Below, piece by piece: positions 38,766-52,199 of a stretch of DNA of 64,000 nucleotides. The translations under genes were made by a program, and so were the position numbers. The stretch is from Macrostomum lignano (lineage: Eukaryota). The notes below the pieces were generated by a model that saw only the letters and a list, made by a program, of their open reading frames with translations, made no database searches and was not told where the DNA came from. Location of the stretch: NCBI GenBank assembly GCA_002269645.1, contig NIVC01001779.1:174310-238309 (forward strand), written 5' to 3'. Position 1 is the stretch's first letter. Each line of letters opens with the position of its first letter.

Positions 38766-39719
38766 GTAGACAGCCTGGTAGATAGATTTCAAATATCTAC
38801 TCCCACACAAGCAGCCGCAAAAATTGCATGGCCAAGCGATTATTTTCAGTTTTCTCCCCCATTCAATTAGTCGAATTTCGACTATCTCATTTGTTTTAAT
38901 TAGTTGAAGAAAACAGTCACGGAAGCACTGCTCAAACCACAGATTGGTTTCTGTCAAGTTGAGACCCCTTGGCGTCAACTGAGCAGGGAACTCTCATTCT
39001 TATTAACTTTTCACTGCTCATTTTTGTTGCAAATTGATCTGTTTGGGGATGCCTCATTTTCTGTTGATTGAGCAGGCAGCTTCAAATGAGAATGCGGACT
39101 CACAAATACTGCTTATTTAATGCATGAGCTTTGCGCACAGAGTGTGTACCCGGTTGAAAAGTACATTTTAGTGGGTTGAAAAATATTTTGGTAAATACAT
39201 CATAAGTAACTTCAATCACTCACTATTAGAATCAGTCACACTCAGTCTGTCACTCTATTAGAATCACTCACACTCATTCGGTCACTCTATTAGAATCACT
39301 CACACTCATTCGGTCACTCTATTAGAATCACTCACACTCATTCGGTCACTCTATTAGAATCTCTCACACTCAGTCTGTCACTCTATTAGAATCACTCAGA
39401 CTCAGTTTGTCACTATAATAGAATCACTCACACTCAGTCTGTCACTCTATTAGAATCACTCAGACTCAGTCTGTCACTCTATTAGAATCACTCACACTCA
39501 TTCGGTCACTCTATTAGAATCACTCACACTCATTCGGTCACTCTATTAGAATCACTCACACTCATTCGGTCACTCTATTAGAATCTCTCACACTCAGTCT
39601 GTCACTCTATTAGAATCACTCAGACTCAGTTTGTCACTATAATAGAATCACTCACACTCAGTCTGTCACTCTATTAGAATCACTCACACTCATTCGGTCA
39701 CTCTATTAGAATCACTCAC
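38679..39719. repeat. Left copy of a 1,041-bp direct duplication flanking the LINE
   Basis: Matches 41498..42538 at a constant offset of 2819 wherever compared, including unique sequence and the order of satellite variants. Confidence 0.92.
39225..39719. repeat. 32-bp minisatellite (CACTCTATTAGAATCACTCACACTCAGTCTGT), left portion
   Basis: Same unit as 42045..44090; cut at the LINE 5' junction. Confidence 0.93.
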
Positions 39720-41497
39720 CCGACCCCGCCACTCTGCGCAACCTGATGCAGCAATTCGCCGACAAGGCGGCCGACTGGGCTACACAGCATGGCCTAAAAA
39801 TCAGCGTCACTAAGACTGTCGCTGTCGTTTTCACCAAGCGCCGTAAGTGGGAGATGAAAAACCTCACTGTCTATGGCAGAAACATCCCCTTCAAGAAGGA
39901 GGTCAAATACCTCGGTGTGACGCTAACGCATGACCTGCGCTGGACGAAGCACCTTGATAACGTCATCGGTCGGGCAAAACGCTGCTTTGCCCAGCTGCGC
40001 AGAGCCATCGGGCCGACTTGGGGCCTCTCGCCTAGAACGGTCCGTTGGATTTATACCGGCATCATCCGGCCCAGTATCACATACGCGAGTCTCATCTGGA
40101 CTAGCGTGCTGGAGCAGAAGGCCGCCCATCAGCGGCTGTACCAGCTTCAGGGCAGCATTTGCCGTGCCATCACAGGTGCGTACCCGTCCACCCCTTACGA
40201 GGGGCTGAACACTATCCTTAACCTACCTCCGCTTCACCTATTTATTAGGGCGGAGGCTATGAAGTCTGCCTCCCGGCTTATCAGAGATAAAACGTTAAAT
40301 AACGCGCCCTCTGGCTTTATGCCAATGAAAACATTAATCCCGCATATGGACTTTGTCCGCCGCGACCTTAACAACATCCACATGGACCTGGGCAATGTGG
40401 ATAGTCGACCTCCCGCCCTCAACATCAGGAGGGGCTTCAAGACCGCCATCCCTGGCCGAGACAACATTCCGCTGGATGTCGGTGTGAACCGGCGCAGCCA
40501 GGGCATTCACTGCTTCACCGACGGCTCGCTGTTCAACGGCCGCGCTGGAGCGGGTATTGCCATTTTCCACGAGGGTAAGATGCTTCTCCAGGAAAGTCTG
40601 CACCTCGGTGAGAACACCTCAGTTTTCCAAGCTGAAATTTGCGCCATTGAGCAGTGTGCCCAGCAACTGTTTCAGGCGAACATTAATAATTTTGACATTA
40701 ATTTCTACACTGATAGCCAAGCTGCTATTAAGGCCTTAACCACTGAGAATATCTCCGCTGCTACAGTATCTCAATGCCACCGCAGTGTGCAATCTCTCTC
40801 AGTCCTTAACAGGATTAGAATTATCTGGACACCTGGTCACAGCAACATCCTGGGCAACGAGCTCGCGGACTCTCTCGCCAAGGAGGGCAGCAACCCAGAC
40901 GGCAACCACCGTCTGATGAGGCTACCCACCCCCAGGTCGCAAGTCACCCGCCATATCAACAGGTGGCTCCATCAGCAGCACCAGCTCCACTGGAACAGCT
41001 GCACCGAGTACAGGCAGAGCCGCTCTGCCATGCCTAACCTGAACAGGAAAGTCTCTGATTATCTGATTTCGCTTAACAGAACCGACCTCAGGGAGATGTG
41101 CATGGTCCTAACCGGCCACGGATTCTTCCAGAGACATATATCGTTGCAAACCGGTTGCCCTCCCACCTGTCCCTTCTGTGGCATAGGAGAGGAGACCGCG
41201 GAGCATCACGTCACCTTCTGCCCTTACTTCAACAAGGCGCGGCACAAATACCTCGGCCACCCCAGCGGATGGACGAGCTGACCACCGCGGACAATATCCG
41301 AGACCTCCGCGCCTTCGTCCGGGACTCCGGCCGGATGAGGGTCGCCGATGCCTCCACTGCGGACCTGCCGACTACTGGCGGGGACTGGGCGCACCCCCAA
41401 GGCTAATCCTTGTGCTCTTTTACCTTGGGGTTGCGATAGGGGCCTCGCGGCCTATTCGCGGCGCCTGCGCCCCCCGTCAGTAGTAAGTAAGTAGTAA
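39720..41497 (+). mobile_element. 5'-truncated non-LTR retrotransposon, RNase H-containing I group (LOA/R1-like); ORF2 remnant 39746..41281
   Basis: RT C-terminal motifs [16 protein letters not shown] and [12 protein letters not shown]; RNase [36 protein letters not shown]; zinc knuckle [18 protein letters not shown]; structured 3' UTR and TAG/TAAG-repeat tail. It begins just after where the YADD motif would lie. Confidence 0.93.
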
Positions 41498-42538
41498 GTA
41501 GCTGGTCTGTAGGGTAGACACAGTAGGGTAGCTGGTCTGTAGGGTAGACACAGTAGGGTAGCTGAAGTCTGTAGGGTAGACACGGTAGACAGCCTGGTAG
41601 ATAGATTTCAAATATCTACTCCCACACAAGCAGCCGCAAAAATTGCATGGCCAAGCGATTATTTTCAGTTTTCTCCCCCATTCAATTAGTCGAATTTCGA
41701 CTATCTCATTTGTTTTAATTAGTTGAAGAAAACAGTCACGGAAGCACTGCTCAAACCACAGATTGGTTTCTGTCAAGTTGAGACCCCTTGGCGTCAACTG
41801 AGCAGGGAACTCTCATTCTTATTAACTTTTCACTGCTCATTTTTGTTGCAAATTGATCTGTTTGGGGATGCCTCATTTTCTGTTGATTGAGCAGGCAGCT
41901 TCAAATGAGAATGCGGACTCACAAATACTGCTTATTTAATGCATGAGCTTTGCGCACAGAGTGTGTACCCGGTTGAAAAGTACATTTTAGTGGGTTGAAA
42001 AATATTTTGGTAAATACATCATAAGTAACTTCAATCACTCACTATTAGAATCAGTCACACTCAGTCTGTCACTCTATTAGAATCACTCACACTCATTCGG
42101 TCACTCTATTAGAATCACTCACACTCATTCGGTCACTCTATTAGAATCACTCACACTCATTCGGTCACTCTATTAGAATCTCTCACACTCAGTCTGTCAC
42201 TCTATTAGAATCACTCAGACTCAGTTTGTCACTATAATAGAATCACTCACACTCAGTCTGTCACTCTATTAGAATCACTCAGACTCAGTCTGTCACTCTA
42301 TTAGAATCACTCACACTCATTCGGTCACTCTATTAGAATCACTCACACTCATTCGGTCACTCTATTAGAATCACTCACACTCATTCGGTCACTCTATTAG
42401 AATCTCTCACACTCAGTCTGTCACTCTATTAGAATCACTCAGACTCAGTTTGTCACTATAATAGAATCACTCACACTCAGTCTGTCACTCTATTAGAATC
42501 ACTCACACTCATTCGGTCACTCTATTAGAATCACTCAC
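41498..42538. repeat. Right copy of the 1,041-bp direct duplication
   Basis: Matches 38679..39719; ORF 41477..41797 duplicates the start of ORF 38121..38978. Confidence 0.92.
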
Positions 42539-44090
42539 ACTCATTCGGTCACTCTATTAGAATCTCTCACACTCAGTCTGTCACTCTATTAGAATCACTC
42601 AGACTCATTCGGTCACTCTATTAGAATCACTCAGACTCATTCGGTCACTCTATTAGAATCACTCACACTCATTCGGTCACTCTATTAGAATCACTCAGAC
42701 TCATTCGGTCACTCTATTAGAATCACTCACACTCATTCAGTCACTCTATTAGAATCACTCACACTCAGTCTGTCACTCTATTAGAATCACTCACACTCAT
42801 TCGGTTACTCTATTAGAATCACTCACACTCATTCGGTCACTCTATTAGAATCACTCACACTCAGTCTGTCACTCTATTAGAACCACTCACACTCAGTCTG
42901 TCACTCTATCAGAATCACTCATACTCATTCGGTCACTCTATTAGAATCACTCACACTCATTCGGTCACTCTATTAGAATCACTCACACTCATTCGGTCAT
43001 TCTATTAGAATCACTCACACTCATTCAGTCACTCTATTAGAATCACTCACACTCAGTCTGTCACTCTATTAGAATCACTCACACTCATTCGGTTACTCTA
43101 TTAGAATCACTCACACTCATTCGGTCACTCTATTAGAATCACTCACACTCAGTCTGTCACTCTATTAGAATCACCCAGACTCAGTCTGTCACTCTATTAG
43201 AATCACTCACACTCATTCGGTCACTCTATTAGAATCACTCACACTCATTCGGTCACTCTATTAGAATCACTCACACTCATTCGGTCACTCTATTAGAATC
43301 TCTCACACTCAGTCTGTCACTCTTTTAGAATCACTCAGACTCATTCGGTCACTCTATTAGAATCACTCAGACTCATTCGGTCACTCTATTAGAATCACTC
43401 ACACTCATTCGGTCACTCTATTAGAATCACTCAGACTCATTCGGTCACTCTATTAGAATCACTCACACTCATTCAGTCACTCTATTAGAATCACTCACAC
43501 TCAGTCTGTCACTCTATTAGAATCACTCACACTCATTCGGTTACTCTATTAGAATCACTCACACTCATTCGGTCACTCTATTAGAATCACTCACACTCAG
43601 TCTGTCACTCTATCAGAATCACTCATACTCATTCGGTCACTCTATTAGAATCACTCACACTCATTCGGTCACTCTATTAGAATCACTCACACTCATTCGG
43701 TCATTCTATTAGAATCACTCACACTCATTCAGTCACTCTATTAGAATCACTCACACTCAGTCTGTCACTCTATTAGAATCACTCACACTCATTCGGTTAC
43801 TCTATTAGAATCACTCACACTCATTCGGTCACTCTATTAGAATCACTCACACTCAGTCTGTCACTCTATTAGAATCACCCAGACTCAGTCTGTCACTCTA
43901 TTAGAATCACTCACACTCAGTCTGTCACTCTATTAGAATCACTCACACTCAGTCTGTCACTCTATTAGAATCACCCAGACTCAGTCTGTCACTCTATTAG
44001 AATCACTCACACTCAGTCTGTCACTCTATTAGAATCACCCAGACTCAGTCTGTCACTCTATTAGAATCACTCACACTCAGTCTGTCAATC
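42045..44090. repeat. 32-bp minisatellite (CACTCTATTAGAATCACTCACACTCATTCGGT and variants)
   Basis: About 2 kb array ending ~70 bp from the GPCR exon 2 donor. Confidence 0.95.
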
Positions 44091-44161
44091 TCACTCTAGA
44101 ATTTTTGATGGATAATTTTTTTATTAAAAATAATACAACGATTATCTGTCGCTCAGCTGAC

Positions 44162-44261
44162 CTGTCAAACGCGATGAAGCTCAAGGTGGTAACCGAGGCG
44201 GCAACCGCAACGCCCTGCAGGTAGGGCAGTGCCTTGCATAGGGTCCGGCCGACCATCCAGT
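44162..44261 (-). CDS. Neuropeptide GPCR exon 2 (ECL1, TM3)
   Basis: WMVGRTLCKALPYLQGVAVAASVTTLSFIAFD, typical of SIFamide/NPFF-type receptors (CK..PY.QGV.V.AS). CTCCAG acceptor, AG|GTCAGC donor; 100 nt fits phases 1 and 2. Confidence 0.9.
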
Positions 44262-44349
44262 CTGGAGTGGAAGAAGTTCGAGGGTTGCAAGTCAGAACTC
44301 GAAATCCTCCAGTGATCAAATTCGAAAGAAGTGCTCACCAATGTTTGGC

Positions 44350-44825
44350 AGTCTACTTCTCTCTTGTCTCTGCTCTGTCTACTTCCCTATCTACTCTGTC
44401 ACTTCCCTATCTACTCTGGCTACTTCCCTATATACTCTGTCTACTTCCCTCTCTACTCTGTCTACTTCCCTATATACTCTGACTTTTTCCCTATCTACTC
44501 TGACTACTTCTCTGTATACTCTGTCTACTTCCCTATCTACTCTGACTACTTCCCTCTCTACTCTGTCTACTTCCCTATCTACTCTGTCACTTCCCTCCCT
44601 ACTCTGTCTATTTCCCTCTCTCCTATATCTACTTCTCTCTCTCCTCTGTCTACTTTCCTTTCTACTCTGTCAACTTCCCTCTCTATTTCTCACTAAACCC
44701 TGTCTTTACCTTACTCTACTTTTTCCTTTACTAACTTTCTCTCGTCACTATCTAACACTCACTACAAACTGTCCACTTCTCACTCTACCTCTTATCTCTC
44801 AATCTACACTGTCTACTTCTCCTGT
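44350..44825. repeat. Degenerate ~22-bp CT-rich minisatellite (CTACTCTGTCTACTTCCCTAT)
   Basis: Read directly. Confidence 0.85.
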
Positions 44826-45162
44826 CCCCTAATCTTATTAAGGACGTTTTCCATTTTTTTCTAGGCAAATTATTAGAAAACCGGCTCTGTGCCCTTCCTT
44901 AGGAACTTGGCTAGCTAGTCAATTGTCAGCTCAAACCCCCATTTAGGCAACACTGTTACCCTGTGGTGAGTGACACTTTTGTTCGGAAAAGCTTTGCTCC
45001 GATATGTCAAGTGGCGAGAGAGCGACTGACTACGAGTACAGAGCTCAACTTGCAGCCGCAAACAGCTGTGACGCTTAGTTTAGAGTATGTTCAAGTGAAA
45101 AATGCTTTGCAAATAGCAGTAGGAGAGAAAGAGTTTCAGCTTTCCTATGGGTACGAATTTAT

Positions 45163-45475
<313 letters not shown>

Positions 45476-46074
45476 CAGACAGTCTGATCAGTTCAAAAGA
45501 ATGCTGGTTCAACTATCTATATGCCTAATAGTCTTGACAAATGAAATTAACAAATGAAGAGCAAGCTGGGCTTAGCGGAGATTCGGTGATGAGCAGATGA
45601 AAGGGAATCGAAGGTTAGAAAGCCCAGACAATTAGACTGCGTTAGCGCATTCGGTACCTTCAAATTATTTGATTTCGGATTATTAGACAGACTAAGAATA
45701 TTTCCAAAAGCAGATAAAAATGCTGAAAGGAAAATGACGATAAGACGGCTCACGCAGGAGAGAAGGCGGCAGCCATGCCCAAAGCTCCTGCATCTGCTGA
45801 GTCTCTTCTTTAAGGTATGCGACACCACGCTTGCAGTGCTTGTGCTTATCGATCTGCTTTGCCTGCATGTTAACTTCTTCCCAGTCTCTCACATTGTACA
45901 AATACTTCTCTAAGGGTTGTGCATGAAGAGGCAGCCAGTAGTGGGACAAGTCGAGAGTCATATAGCGATTAGAGAGAGAGAGATGGTAGACAGACTGAAA
46001 TCGAGAGCTTATTAGTGTAGATATTTGAAATCTGGTAGATTAATGCAGAGGCAAATAAAGTAATGACAGAACAG

Positions 46075-46600
46075 ATAGACGGATTAGAGAAAAGATGCAG
46101 AGATTAGAGAATAGACATGGAGATTTAAGAATAGATTGAGAGATTATAGAATAGAAGGATATATTAGAGAATAGACAGAGAGATCAAAGAATAGGCAGAG
46201 AGATTAGAGAATAGACAGAGAGATTAGAGAATAGATAGAGAGATTAGAGAATAGATAGAGAGATGAGAGAATAGATAGAGAGATTAAAGAATAGGCAGAG
46301 AGACTAGAGAATAGACAGAGAGATTAGAGAATAGATAGAGAGATGAGAGAACAGACAGATAGATTAGAGAATAGACAGATAGATTAGAGAATAGACAGAG
46401 AGATTAGAGAATAGATAGAGAGATTAGAGAATAGATAGAGAGATTAGAGAATAGACAGAGAGATTTGAGAATCGAAAGATAGATTTTAGAAAAGAAAGAT
46501 AGATTTTAGAAAAGAAAGAAAGAAAGAATAGAAAAAAAAGATTAGAGAATAGACAGAGAGATTAGAGAATAGATAGAGAGATGAGAGAATAGACAGATAG
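46075..46600. repeat. 20-bp purine-rich minisatellite (GAGATTAGAGAATAGACAGA)
   Basis: Read directly. Confidence 0.88.
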
Positions 46601-47019
46601 ATCGCAGAGCCAAGAGGACCAAGCACTAAGAAGTAACGAGCATTATAACATGCATTTCATGTTGGAATAAATTTTCTAATTCCATTCCACCAAAAGCCAT
46701 GCAGCTCCTACGGACTGCAGTTCATTTCGGCGTAGCTTATTAGCCAAAATTACATTTTTTGAAGAAAACTGGCCATATGTCTTTCTGAAAACCCCAATAG
46801 GATTATAATCCCAAATGCATTAGCTGCGAAAGAGCCTTTCCTTGGGCTTAAAACGAAAAGAAGTGAATTTCTGCAGTTTTTTATGCGCAGTGCCCGGGGC
46901 CATCTGTTGTTTGCCAATCTAATACCGAAGTCCCCAGTTATGTTCAATTGATAAATACGTCTTGCTATGCTACTGCCTCTTACAGATGTAACTCTCTCTC
47001 TTACACTATGCCACTCTTC

Positions 47020-47515
47020 CTCTCCGTCACACTATGTCACTTTCCGTCACACTATGTCCCTATTCGTCACACTATGTCACTATCTGTCACACTATGTCAC
47101 TACTCGTCACACTATGTCACTATCTGTCACACTATGTCACTACTCGTCACACTATGTCACTATCTGTCACACTATGTCACTACTCGTCACACTATGTCAC
47201 TATCTGTCACACTATGTCACTACTCGTCACACTATGTCACTATCTGTCACACTATGTCACACTCTCTCGCACTAAGTCACTCTCCGTGACACTTTTTCAA
47301 TCTCCGTCACACTATGTCACTATCTGTCACACTATGTCACTACTCGTCACACTATGTCACTCTCTATCACACTATGTCACACTCCCTCGCACTAAGTCAC
47401 TCTCCGTGACACTTTTTCAATCTCCGTCACACTATGTCACTACTCGTCACACTATATCACTACTCGTCACACTATATCACTACTCGTCACACTATATCAC
47501 TCTCCGTCACACGAT
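47020..47515. repeat. 20-bp minisatellite (GTCACACTATGTCACTATCT / ...TACTC alternating)
   Basis: Read directly. Confidence 0.9.
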
Positions 47516-48455
47516 GTCTCTGTGGCACTGTACATTAGGCGGTGAAAGAAAGTTCTTCCATTTCGATCTACTTTAGCTGGGCAGACAGGAGATTTCGCAG
47601 AAACCAGCGGAATTTTTTCAATTCCAAGCATCCGTTTTTATAACTTCATTTCAAAACCCATCCGAGAAAAACTCTACTCCAGATCTCACTTCCTTCCTTG
47701 AGCCATGGTTTCTTTCCTGCAGTCCCAATTTCACGCAGGACAGGCGAGGCTGCCGGTCTTGATTGATTTGATCGCCGCGCCCGAGTGACACTCGCGATCT
47801 GCTGGCTGCTTCTATGTGACGAGTTTTTCTATTAACAATCGCCAGGAGTGTTGGCGAAGCGAAAAAAAAGTAGACCAGAGGCGGAGCCTAATAGTGTAAA
47901 TATTAAATTTGCTCCTCTAACAGCTTCGGAAAAGTTTGAAAACTGCAAATAGAAAAAGCCAGGTTACTTGAAGAAGACGTAGCAGCTCCGTAAACTAATT
48001 GTACAAAATCCTGACAGAAGTCAAATGCACACAAAGAAGACACAGTTCACAACAATGCCAGAAGCCATGAGGCTTCTCATGAGAAGCCATGAGAGGGAAA
48101 AAAAAGTGTCAACTGAAAAACAGGAAGTGAAAGACGGAAAGTGCAGGTGCGGTGTGACTGAGAACTGTCAACCTAGCGACTGGGGCTGCTGACATGCGGC
48201 AGGTAGTAGCTATGGCACTTCAGCTCAGAGTAAAGATTCTTCTGCAATATGTCTTTTTCTGTCCTTTTTAGCATTTCCATAGAATATTGAGCTGTCGATA
48301 GACTTTATAACCCATTGTGTGTGCCGATTTTTTGACGCATTTTGTCTTTCAGTTTTGATTTCTAGTAGAAGATGTTAGGGTCAGGGTCTAGCAGTTGGTT
48401 ACTGAGCACCCATCGACTAAAATATCTAAGAATCAAACCGGACGCATGAGATTCA

Positions 48456-48720
48456 ACACCAGGGGCTTTAGCACCAGGGGCTTTAGCACCAGGGGCTTTA
48501 GCACCAGGGGCTTTAGCACCAGGGGCTTTAGCACCAGGGGCGCCAGCACCAGGGGCGCCAGCACCAGGGGCCTTAGCACCAGGGGCGCCAGCACCAGGGG
48601 CCCAGCACCAGGGGCGCCAGCACCAGGGGCGCCAGCACCAGGGGCTTTAGCACCAGGGGCTTTAGCACCAGGGGCGCCAGCACCAGGGGCTACGGCACCA
48701 AAGGCGCCAGCACCAGGGGC
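48456..48720. repeat. 15-bp minisatellite (AGCACCAGGGGCGCC / AGCACCAGGGGCTTT); inverted copy of the 5.1-6.3 kb family
   Basis: Its reverse complement reproduces both unit variants seen at 5109..6316. Confidence 0.92.
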
Positions 48721-49400
48721 CTCAAAGCTGCTTTCTCTCTGTAAAGAGCGCCTATATTTTGCCAGCTCTATTGAGGTGGGGGCGGCCCTCCTTGCCCTTG
48801 TTCCGGGCTTCGCCCTGAGCGAGCCTTACGAATGTGTGATACGGAAGAAATATTCGATTGAAGGCTCCTTCTGAGACAGCAAAGTATTTAAAACGAAATT
48901 CTAGGTTAAGTTCACTGTAATGCAGTTTCGATAACTTTTATGATGAAAAGGCAGTTCACAAGTTTGATGTTTAAAAATTTCGAAGACATCATGAGGACAG
49001 TGTAGATGAGACGAATCAAGACAAAGTTCGCACGAAGCTCAGCTACTACGAGAGTATTGGGGGGAGGGTTAAGCTTCTCATCTAATAGCAAATTCCTGTA
49101 TGAATCCCGACGCCCGCCTCATCATTTCTCCGGTGGACAGATTCCTTAATAATTTAGTTCATATCCCCAACGGAGAAGAGACTGGGAGCCAAAGACGGTC
49201 CAGGAGATGGGGTAGAGTTTAATGAGGCCGAGCATCCTCTCTTGTCCAAGCAGTTTTGTCAATTTTAGTCTTGAACCTGCGTCAGACTGAGTAAGTAAGA
49301 AAAGCTATGAGCACAGATTTTCTCCATCAAAAAGACGTTTGTTGGAGAAAGTAGTCAGAGTGTGCAATGCCAGTAATCCTTCACTATCTATTGCTTGAGT

Positions 49401-49404
<4 letters not shown>

Positions 49405-49480
<76 letters not shown>

Positions 49481-49548
49481 TGAGGGAGAGAGAGGGAGAG
49501 AGAGGGAGAGAGAGAGGGAGAGAGAGAGGGAGAGAGAGGGAGGGAGAC
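49405..49548. repeat. (AG)n microsatellite
   Basis: Read directly. Confidence 0.95.
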
Positions 49549-51459
49549 GAGATTCAAAAGTGAAAGTACTCTCGTACTTTTGGCAGCGAGAACAAACGAC
49601 CCCCAAAAGTGTCTCGTGGGTCCAATAAACGCATATTATAAGAGGCAAGCAAGATCGATGCGTTAACCATCTTATAGAATGAAGTGTCAGGGCACTGTCT
49701 GCATGTGTGTCCTCATCCTCAGGAGAAAGCCGGCTGGCATGTAGGTCGATTTTAATATTGCTTTTTTCAGGCCAGTTACTCCTGGGCCTCCTGCCGACAT
49801 GGCCGCGCTGATGAAGGGCAAAGTGACGCGGACTTCGCCGGCTCAGCAAAGTTATTGCAAAGAAACATTGCTCCAAGGGCCAAGCTTATTTGCATTGCTG
49901 AAGACAGACCGCTAATTTGGCCTAATAGAATATTCTGACTAATGATTTTAAAGGCACTCATTTGCAAGTTTCTTTCAATATTGGTCCCAGAGCGCTCTTT
50001 TTTAACGTTTTGTGCCTCAACTTTACGAAGGTCGAAATTTGAAACTCTTCTTGCCCCCTCCTGTATGAACTAATGTACTTTTCCAGTCAATTTCAAGCCT
50101 CAATTTGGATTTTTACAACCATCTTTGGTCCGTCATTATATTACCTTTAATCCCCATTTTTCCTTATTTACTTAAATATCCCATAATTAGCATTCTGACA
50201 TCGAGAATACCTACACTGACAAAACCTGTTTTTTTCTAACATTCCATAATCTTAAAATTCGAGCCAAAAATTCCTAATAAGGTTATTTTTGGCCAGCTAA
50301 GATAGCCAATTTGCATAACCCGCATCGAGCTGGCTTCTTAAGCTGCTATTCGCGTCACAGGTGTCACCTGAAATTTTGTGCATTAATTAGCAAAATTGTT
50401 GGCTCATGTCGGGGCCTCTGCGTCTTGTTGGTCAAAGATCATCAATTAGTCTCAGATCTTGGCAAACACCGAATTTCCCTGAATTGGAAATTATTGTCTT
50501 GTTTTTTGCCCCGTAGTTACCCCATAGCAACAACAACAACAAACAACAGAGTACGCTGCCAGTTCACAAAAGCAGCGTCAGCAAACGAACTCACACAGGG
50601 TGTTGCCCCAACACCTACCGCTCAATCTGGCACTGTAGATTATTGTTGCTAATGTCAAAGAAATGAACTCTGACACTAAGTTAACTAAGCTCATTCATTG
50701 AAGTAAGATATTGCTGATTGGTTAACTTCTTTAAATGCTCAGCAGATTCAGTCCTAACCCATACGACCTGAGAATTTCCCTGCAACAATATAATCTCTTT
50801 GGTGCGCGGACAGCTGCCAACTCGACCGAGTCATTCATTTTTTAGCATGCCAGATTTGTCAGAAGGAATCTCGTTTGATCGCGTATAGAAAGAGAGAGAG
50901 AGATTTTTATTTTGTCCACGACTGAAGTACTCGCGCCTTTGTGACAGGAACGTTCACAAAAGAGCGGCTATAAAGCTCCTGCTTGACTTGCTTCTCGACT
51001 AGATTCCTCTCAAATAGCCTTATTGATGAGCCTTGAAGCAGCTTGGTACACGGGTCTAATAGCGCTTGTCAGAGAAAAGCAGCTAGCTAGGGATCAATCG
51101 GACTCTTTGTGCTCAAATGAATAACCTTTTTGCCTAAGCTGGTATGCGACCGACTGCTTTATAAAGATCTCTCAAGAAATATTTGTAGAGCGAGTAGCTT
51201 GAACGGGAGGCTCATCAAGTCCTACCGACTTTCTCTCAAATATTTCCCCGAAAGTTGTCTGCCTCCATTTCACGGTTGGACTGGCAACAGCTTGAAGGAC
51301 TGCATAGTGACGGTAAAGCATCAGTTTTCCACGCTGGATACTCGTAAATGAAAAATTGTCTTTTTCTAGGATTGCGACTGCTTCAGTCTCAACTTTATTT
51401 CAGGGGCACCTGGGACTGCAGGGATTGAAGCTGACCATGAGTGCTTGGAGGTATTCACC

Positions 51460-51665
51460 TACCAGATCATCCCTTCACCTACTTGATCACCCATTCACCT
51501 ACTTGCTCACCCGTTCACCTGCTTAATCTCACATTCACTTGCTTGATTAACCATTCACCTACTTGATGACCCATTCACCTACTTGATGACCCATTCACCT
51601 ACCTGATCACCCGTTTACTTAATTGATCACCCACTCACCCACTTAATCATTTACCTATTCGATCA
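51460..51665. repeat. Degenerate 20-bp minisatellite (CATTCACCTACTTGATCACC)
   Basis: About 9 diverged copies. Confidence 0.8.
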
Positions 51666-51880
51666 CTCAAACCAGCCCCAGACCCGAGTTTCCAAATAAA
51701 TGGGGCGAATGTGGGAATCGAACCCATGAGCCTGGATATGACCTAACCCCAAAATTTCTCTATCTATGTACGCTAAGTAGCTCGCTCAGAACCCGGTTAC
51801 TTTTAAATTCAATCAACTAAAAGCAAACCAGTTAATTTTACAGATGAAAAACAGAACAGCATGATCGAGTCTAATCTCAC

Positions 51881-52145
51881 TGGTAAAGGTGCTCGAGATC
51901 AGATTCAACGGCAGGCAGAAAATAGCAACCAGTGTGTCTGCTGTGCTCAAATTGCAGATAAAATAATTAATCGCCGTGTGCATCGAGGGTATCCTGTAGA
52001 CGGTTGCTATGACAACAACGTTACCGATGATTGACAGAGTGAATACCACGGTGTAGGCCAGCGAGAGAAATGCAAGCATTGGCGGTGTCTGCTTGAGCTC
52101 CCACATGTTCGACGCTTCCAAAGGGGCGCTGTCGTTAGTGTCCAT
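51881..52145 (-). CDS. Neuropeptide GPCR (rhodopsin class, SIFamide/NPFF-receptor-like) exon 1; full model ~422 aa
   Basis: ATG at 52145 gives MDTNDS (N-glycosylation sequon NDS), TM1 IGNVVVI, and MHTAINYFICNLSTADTLVAIFCLP (TM2). Donor A|GTGAGA at 51880. Confidence 0.9.
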
Positions 52146-52199
52146 GATTGAGGCGGCTGGCAAAGCTTAATGGCTATAAAATAAGCTTAGCGTCTTTTG

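Noticed and set aside
45692-45961. Protein-like 89-aa ORF in GPCR intron 1 (also a candidate exon-like segment near 49775-49940)
   Set aside because: No recognisable family and no compatible partner exons; cannot be supported without expression data.
48071-48088. Perfect 18-bp palindrome GGCTTCTCATGAGAAGCC
   Set aside because: Isolated, probably a local duplication/inversion of GAAGCCATGA; no associated feature.
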